Below are positions 57,761 to 64,000 of a stretch of 64,000 nt of DNA, piece after piece; positions within the stretch are counted from its first letter, which is position 1, and each line of letters starts with the position of its first letter. The stretch is from a virus. The stretch lies in the IMG/VR virus record IMGVR_UViG_2537562001_000004. One strand, written 5' to 3'. A model generated the notes under the pieces. That model did not search any database and had not been told where the DNA came from. It was given only the letters and a program-made list of their open reading frames with translations. The translations under genes and the position numbers were made by a program.

Positions 57761-57896
57761 ATTAACTCCTGTCTGAACATGACTCTCATATACCCAATTA
57801 CCATCACAAAATTTACCTCTAAACTAAATATCTCTCATTTTCATCTTCCTCCTTATTTTCCCTCTTAAATTCACCCTTCACATCATCCATCAACTC

Positions 57897-60400
57897 TTAT
57901 AACTTTTCTATAAATATTTTCGAATACATAATATGCTTATCTGGATTTTTCTTGTAAATTTGATACTTATAACCTGAATATCCCTTTTCAGCACTTTCGA
58001 TTATTGCAGCTTCCATTATTTCTACAAATTCAACTACCTTTTCATCGATAGCTTTGTCTCGCATCTCTTTCAGATTTTCAACTAATGACATATCCATCCC
58101 TCACTTCTATACAAAATTCAAATTTTAGAATAATGCTAGTTGTCCATTGAGTCTTTCCAGCAAAGCAACACATTCCTGCTCTGGTGTTTCTTTAATTTCT
58201 TCTTGTACCTCTGATAATTCCTTAAAATCAGCAAACTAATGTACTGGGAAACATCCAACGGGTTTCTTCCGTTCCTCATCATGCCAAAACATGCAATGTA
58301 TATTTTTCGGCTGAACAACATACCTTTTGAGTGACTTATTCTTGTATCCTTGTTATCTCCAGATTAATTCCGCACGATAGAAAATATCTGGATCAAGCAG
58401 TGGGATAACCTTATTTGGTTCTTGTGATTACTCTTCTTTCTCAATAACTTGGAATTTATCAACCTGATAACATCCGAAATTAGCACCTTTATTATCGAAT
58501 TAGCTTATATAAAAATGATTCGGTTTCGCTAGAAACAAGTAGTATTCTTGATCTAATTTTAGTTCTGTAGAGGTATCGGCATTTATAACTATGCCTGTCA
58601 TCCAAACCAACACATCATGACAATCCAAAATATCCAGATCATCAAAATCCATTTTGCATCAGTCATGCTGACGCGTCCTATTTCTCACTAGTAAAACGAG
58701 AGTTTCAATCCTTGCATTATCAATTAATAGCATCGGTTACATTTCGCCATCAATCTGAATGAAAAGTTGTTTAGTACCTAATTTTTGATGTGCCTCAATA
58801 GCATCTCGCGTATATTCAATTTGGTAGCAAACTTTTTCTACACTACTAGATTTATTCCGCTCATAAGGCGCCGTCATTTTTACATCTGTACCATCTAACA
58901 CAAACTCAAACCCTGATTTATTCATGTGTATGTTTACTGTTTCATAAGTCAATTTCACAACTTTGGCTATTTGTAAAATTGACTTATGAATTTGCAACCA
59001 TAATTTAATATGCTCTTCATTTAAAACAATTGTAGCTTCCTTGAATTCAGTAATCACTTTACCTAAATCCGGATATGTTCCAGTTGCAATTTCAAATGTA
59101 TATGGATTTATTAAGTAATTTCTATCAAACCCATGAATGTTTTAATTCGTATAGCTCGACGGCTATCCGTCGCTGCAATCGCTTCTTTATTCTCATGATA
59201 AACAAACATCAAAGCCATACGAATTGGTGACTTACCTGCGATTTTTTTGCACTTGTAAAGCTACTCCGTATTTTCATTGTGTAACATTTCCATTGTTATT
59301 CACTCTCTAAAATTTGTTTTAGTTTTTCTACCATCTGCTCACCAAAAAGACTCTTTGTCCATTATGGAACCCGTAGGTTTCATAATCATCTACACCCAAA
59401 TCTCTAAGAATCTCATTAGATTTTTTTAGCTATAAATCTTCAATCAACTTTTCGAATTGGTTTCTCGTATCCGATTCACTCATATTAATTCGTATATAAT
59501 AATTAAACATTTTATTTAATTCGTTCTAAAGCTTAAACCTTTCACTTGATACAGATAATCTTTACTCATTCCAAACAACTGATCGGCGGCTGCGAATCCG
59601 ATTTTATCCTCCAATGTATCTAAACCCTCATTATTCGTATACCAGATTGGAAGATTACGAGAATATCTATCATTAATAATCTTGTAATACATATTCTCTT
59701 TGAACTCGCTATACTTAGATTTTACGATATCGTCCATATGAGAATGTCACATGTGCATAAATCATGAAGTATTTCATTCAAACGCCTCTTATTGTCATTT
59801 AAGAACGAGACATCTCGAATTTCAGCCATGATATTTACATCTTGGACACATACGGACACCACGCAAACGCCCTGTATGCTTGTCTAAGACCTTAAAACGA
59901 TTCAATGCATATATTTACTGCCGCTGAGTTTTCCCTAAACCATACGAGTTATTAGCCTGTCTCATTTTGTTACGCCCACCTAAAGGCAAAGACTTTAATT
60001 TCGTTTCGCCTACCTCTGCAATGAAACCGATACTATTTATCTTTAAATCTCGTATCTCATTAAAATTTTTGAGATATTCAATCATCGTACATAGTTTGTT
60101 GAACTGATGAATGCCCAGTGATTCCTTAACCGTTGCTTTCGCTTCTTCAAATTCTATATTATAAATTTACGCTAATTCCCTGATTTGAGTGTACCCAATG
60201 ATGCCAAATTTTACACGCGGCCTCCTACTGTAACAGGAGGCTTTTCCTTAGTCTTCCGTTTTCTCCAACTTCTTAGTCAGATATAGATGCTCTTTAGCAA
60301 AGTATTTGAATCCTTGTTCATCATTCTTTAACATCGCTTTCCATTGATTTTTTACCGCCTGGTTCATTTGCTCAACGAGTAACATTTCTTCTGTCTTAGC
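57897..60400 (-). pseudogene. Block of decayed phage early and replication-region genes. Intact small ORFs at 57897..58097, 58136..58321, 58737..59057 and 59516..59737 sit among fragments with stops.
   Basis: Every reading frame is broken every 60-110 codons. No domain confidently recognised. Confidence 0.3.
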
Positions 60401-60540
60401 CAATATTCTCACCCTTTTTAATCAGCTTATCTAAAATATACATGCACACTTTGATACAACAATTTCCCTCCGGACTTGCGAAACGATACATGCATAGCAA
60501 TCTAAAGTAATCAGCCGATTTGGATTTCTCATAGTTAATG

Positions 60541-60753
60541 TTAAGATACATCATTTTTATCAGCAACCCCCTCCCCATATCCTTCGGTTATTAAGAAATC
60601 ATCGAATTCATTCAGGAATGTTTCACCCTTCTCTGTTATGTTTTTATCACTATTAAAAGTCAATTTAAGATTAAGTTTTCCTTCATTTGAATTTAGTGAA
60701 GCCTCGCTGATTGTACAATGTTTTATCTTGATTTTCTTCTCATTATTAGACAT
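60541..60753 (-). CDS. Hypothetical 70-aa protein, paralog of 37115..37315, divergent from 60836..61048
   Basis: See 37115..37315. Confidence 0.5.
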   Translation of the reverse strand: MSNNEKKIKIKHCTISEASLNSNEGKLNLKLTFNSDKNITEKGETFLNEFDDFLITEGYGEGVADKNDVS

Positions 60754-60835
60754 ATTTTTTCCTTCTTAACGGAATTTTACTCACTCTTTTACAACCATAG
60801 TTGTCTTATGATGGCAACAAGAGGAGGTGTGAATT

Positions 60836-61048
60836 ATGAAACTTTATTACTTTAACAAAAATACGGATGGTAAGGGTAATCATGAAGTACATACTAGTGA
60901 TTGTGATCGCTTACCAAATTTAGAGAATAGTATTTTAATTGGGTATTTTTATAATTGTCAAGACGCTATCACTAGCGCCAAAAATGCGTACCCGTATAAA
61001 TCTTTTGATGGTTGTTTTTACTGTTGTAACTCATGTCACAAAAATTAA
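60836..61048 (+). CDS. Cysteine-rich 70-aa hypothetical protein behind the conserved head module
   Basis: HEVHTSDCDRLP...DGCFYCCNSCH. The ribosome-binding site is aggagg. The ATG may be 1 nt to the right of the track coordinate. Confidence 0.5.
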   Translation: MKLYYFNKNTDGKGNHEVHTSDCDRLPNLENSILIGYFYNCQDAITSAKNAYPYKSFDGCFYCCNSCHKN

Positions 61049-61522
61049 TTGCCCCAAAACGCTAGGTACAGCCCCCTAGCGCTTTTTTCAAAGATAAATT
61101 GTTCTCTCCCTTAAGATTGGACTACTAAACCTCTTATCCCCTCAATATCAGTAGTACCTGTTTTTAATAAACACGTCCACTCTGTTCTTCCTTCTTTCCA
61201 CATAAAGGCATGTATCTCTATAACCTCATACCCAAGCTCACTCGCTAATCCAATACTTTTTTGATAAATGCATGAGACCTCATAACATAATAAAAAAGTC
61301 CCCATGTAGCTATACTGCTGGACAATTGGTATTCAATTTCTTCATCTATGCATTTATCACAACAAATATCTTTTATATAAAAATTTCTATATAGAGATTA
61401 TATACCCTTGACCTTTCCCATAAGTTGTTCCTTTGCACATATTTTTCCTCCTAAGATGAAATTTTGTTAGCGTTCCTAACTCCTTATTTGTCGTATGATG
61501 GCGACAAGAGGAGGTGTGAATT

Positions 61523-61798
61523 ATGGCCGTGTATTTAATCACATATGATTTACATAAATTTGGTCAAGATTATAAAGGACTTCATCAAAAAATCAAAAGT
61601 TTAGGCGAAAACATCCACCCTTTAGAATCTACTTGGATTGTTTCTAGTAATCACGATAGCAAAGAAATATATAATACTCTCAAACCCTCATTAGATTCTA
61701 ATGATTGTATTCTCATTGTCAAAATTCAAAGTACATCAGATTACTACGGTTTACTTAATAAAGCTTACTGGTCTTGGTTAAAAACACATATCGATTAA
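61523..61798 (+). CDS. 91-aa hypothetical protein with a predicted beta-alpha-beta-beta-alpha-beta (ferredoxin-like, Cas2/VapD-like) pattern, behind the conserved head module
   Basis: MAVYLITYDL...TWIVSS...CILIVKI matches the alternation seen in Cas2-like small proteins. This rests on pattern only. Confidence 0.35.
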   Translation: MAVYLITYDLHKFGQDYKGLHQKIKSLGENIHPLESTWIVSSNHDSKEIYNTLKPSLDSNDCILIVKIQSTSDYYGLLNKAYWSWLKTHID

Positions 61799-62099
61799 TC
61801 CTCATTGAATGATATGCACTCTTCTTCTCTGACAGCCTCTGTAGTAACAGAGGTTTGATTCATTTTCTTTCCTCCTAAACCATGAATTTACGATAACTCT
61901 TGTAACATATGTAAAACGATGCACTAATTGTAATTCGTTTGTTACTTTCTTGTAGATCAACCAATTGTCAGGGTTCAATCCATTAGACTTGATGGGAATC
62001 CTCTTCCACTTGTGGACTTAAGACCGAATCTTTAAGATTTTGTTGCATTCGAATCCCCCCTACTTAATGTATGTTCATTTACGAATTCACAAAATCATT

Positions 62100-62863
62100 T
62101 TCTTTACTTAATACAATTGGTAATTCATAATTAACTACTATATTTTTGGCTATCTCTAAATGACGACGTCTAATAGCCTTATGATTTTTTACATCAAATT
62201 GGTGACGTATATCCTGATAAACTTTACCTCTCACACTTATATCTTGATAAGCATTTGATTTTTCACTGCCGAGTAACGCTACTCCACAACGTTTAACTTC
62301 ATTAAAAATTTCATCTCACTTAATCGCGAATAATGGTGCATTTTCTCGCAAATCTTTTACATCTGTTTTAATAGCTGAATTTCTTGCTTATTTCCTTCTA
62401 ATGCCCGGAATGTAAGTTTTAGGATGCTCATCGGATCGTTAGGGATTTGTTGTTGTTTCCTTATATTGAACTAACTATCTATGAATTGATCGTATACTTC
62501 CCATGCTGTCTCGTCTTCGAGGATTCTTAGTAGTTTTGCGTACCCTTGTTCTGATAGAATGTAAATGTTATTTGCTTTTGCTATCTGCATTTTAGTGAAT
62601 CCTAAATTTAATAATTGCGGTTCGTTTAAAGCACCACTTTTTAAATCTACAATATCGATCACGTTTTTAAATCTAACAAAATTCCCATTAATGCGATGGT
62701 TGATTTGTTTTAAGGATGCATTATGAAATTCAGCAATTTCTTTCACTAACATTGCTTTCTTACCCTCACTGAATCCCCCCTCGATTCCAGTGAGTTCATA
62801 ACCTGCGATGTTTTGTGTGCCTAAAATATGTAGCTCGTTTGCTGCAGTGAATTGATCGTACAT
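62100..62863 (-). pseudogene. Phage regulatory protein Rha/ORF6N-like (62471..62863, intact N-terminal domain) followed by a frame-broken C-terminal domain (62100-62460)
   Basis: AMLVKEIAEFHNASLKQINHRIN is Rha-like. The downstream reverse translation ..YQDISVRGKVYQDIRHQFDVKNHKAIRRRHLEIAKNIV has stops. Confidence 0.4.
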
Positions 62864-63329
62864 TTTGAGTCTTCCTTTTTAGTTAGTGACATTATCTGAA
62901 AAAAATCATCTAATATACATTCGAATAATTTTACTAACATTTGCGCTACCTTCAACTTGAAATCAACTTTTTCTCATTCTTTTTCATGATACGTTTAAAG
63001 ATGTACACCTATTTTCTAGCTACCTCTCTTTGGTGGAGTCCTCGCTCACGTCTAGCCACATAAAGTGAATGATGCATTATGAATTCTTCTCAATCACTAA
63101 TATTTTTTCACCGTTTCTTTTAACTAACAAAATGTCTGATAGATAAGGACCTGAAATGTTTAGCGTTTTTGCTAAATCGCCTTACCTCATATCATTGATA
63201 AAAATCCATGTTTTTACTCTTTTTCTGAATTTCAATACATATCTTCACCTCCTTTGCATTTTTAGCTTTTCGTTGAATTTAACTAATCTATAGAATATTT
63301 TTGTGATTGCTTTGAAAGGTTGATTTGTA

Positions 63330-63700
63330 TGGTTATTACCGAAGTAATAAAAAAACTGTGTCAAAAAAGTGGGATATCTGTTTCTGATTTAGAAGAAAAA
63401 TTGGGATTCGGCCAAAATACTACTTATCAATGGAAGAGAAAACCCCTGTCGTTGAACGAGTTCAAAAAGTCGCAGATTACTTTGATGTTTCTATGAACTA
63501 TTTGTTAGGAAGAGAAACAATCCCTGAAGAAGATTTATATGACGAAGATCTCTTCGCAATCGAAAGAGCGACAACACCTATATTATTCTTTATAACAAAA
63601 AAATTGATTCCTTCCAAAGGGTTTCATGGACAATTGCTCATGAACTTGGTCATTTTATACTTAAACATAACTTACGTTCAAATAAGAGAGTGATGTCTAG
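63330..63700 (+). pseudogene. XRE helix-turn-helix plus ImmA/IrrE metallopeptidase-type phage repressor or anti-repressor, frameshifted
   Basis: The helix-turn-helix (SGISVSDLEEKLGFGQNTTYQW) is in one frame, ORF 63430..63693 in another, and the HEXXH motif TIAHELGHFILKHNLRS (63640-63690) in a third. Confidence 0.5.
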
Positions 63701-63814
63701 GGGGCCACTAACCAATAAGGAATATGAAATTTTGAATAAGAAGCAAATTACTTTGCTAAAAACTTTCTGGTTCCGCTTCCTATTATCTCTAAGTTATTAA
63801 CTGACGTTTCAACA

Positions 63815-64000
63815 ATGAATATGTTTAACATAGCAGAAATCTTTGATATTTCATACGAAGCTGCGGAAAATATCATCAAGTATCTAAACCGAATTCAAAA
63901 TAAAGGTGTTTCTATACAATCTATATATCCTCAACTCACTGAATCTTTCGATCATTATATTGAAAATCTAGTTTTAGAATTAAAAAGCTATTCCCGTTAA
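63815..64000 (+). CDS. Hypothetical ORF running off the window end
   Basis: A 61-aa partial ORF. Confidence 0.2.
   Translation: MNMFNIAEIFDISYEAAENIIKYLNRIQNKGVSIQSIYPQLTESFDHYIENLVLELKSYSR

Overview
AT-rich Firmicutes DNA, Bacillus cereus-group-like judging by its IS231-type and IS3-type elements, phage gene content and tRNA sequences. The window is a graveyard of at least four or five decayed, related prophage remnants. These are interleaved with IS elements (one IS4/IS231-like element, four IS3-family copies) and six copies or fragments of the same tRNA(CAT) gene. A few chromosomal genes look intact: glutamate racemase, a 564-aa beta-helix protein, a lipoprotein, an HD-GYP domain fragment and one tyrosine recombinase. 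Most phage genes carry nonsense or frameshift lesions. This includes three ArpU-like late regulators, terminase large subunit, endolysins, replication initiator, repressors, an SPFH-domain protein, a LysM/SleB hydrolase and a GH3 enzyme. The lesions show a visible G-to-A and C-to-T bias. The most striking content is non-coding. A roughly 0.8-0.9 kb modular, hairpin-rich element is present in at least five copies (about 2610-3600, 12792-14295 and 19215-20340 on the + strand; 47222-48100 and 56070-56950 on the - strand). It always sits directly downstream of an ArpU-family late-regulator gene and upstream of the phage packaging genes (HNH endonuclease, small zinc-ribbon protein, terminase small and large subunits). 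Its 3' part is a roughly 100-nt module present 14 times. That module is a small hairpin, then a 14-bp imperfect stem enclosing a variable 20-50 nt loop, then a second small hairpin. One copy shows a compensatory base-pair change. Each module is followed by an intrinsic-terminator-like hairpin, then a conserved box, then usually a gene for a roughly 54-aa single-transmembrane protein. A second conserved head module, about 90 nt of upstream sequence plus a ribosome-binding site, is reused in front of three unrelated small ORFs. I read these as candidate cis-regulatory RNA systems (structured late-operon leader, antitermination or attenuation, or type-I-toxin-like cassettes). I could not match them to any named RNA family from memory. 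All coordinates worked out by hand may be off by a few nucleotides.
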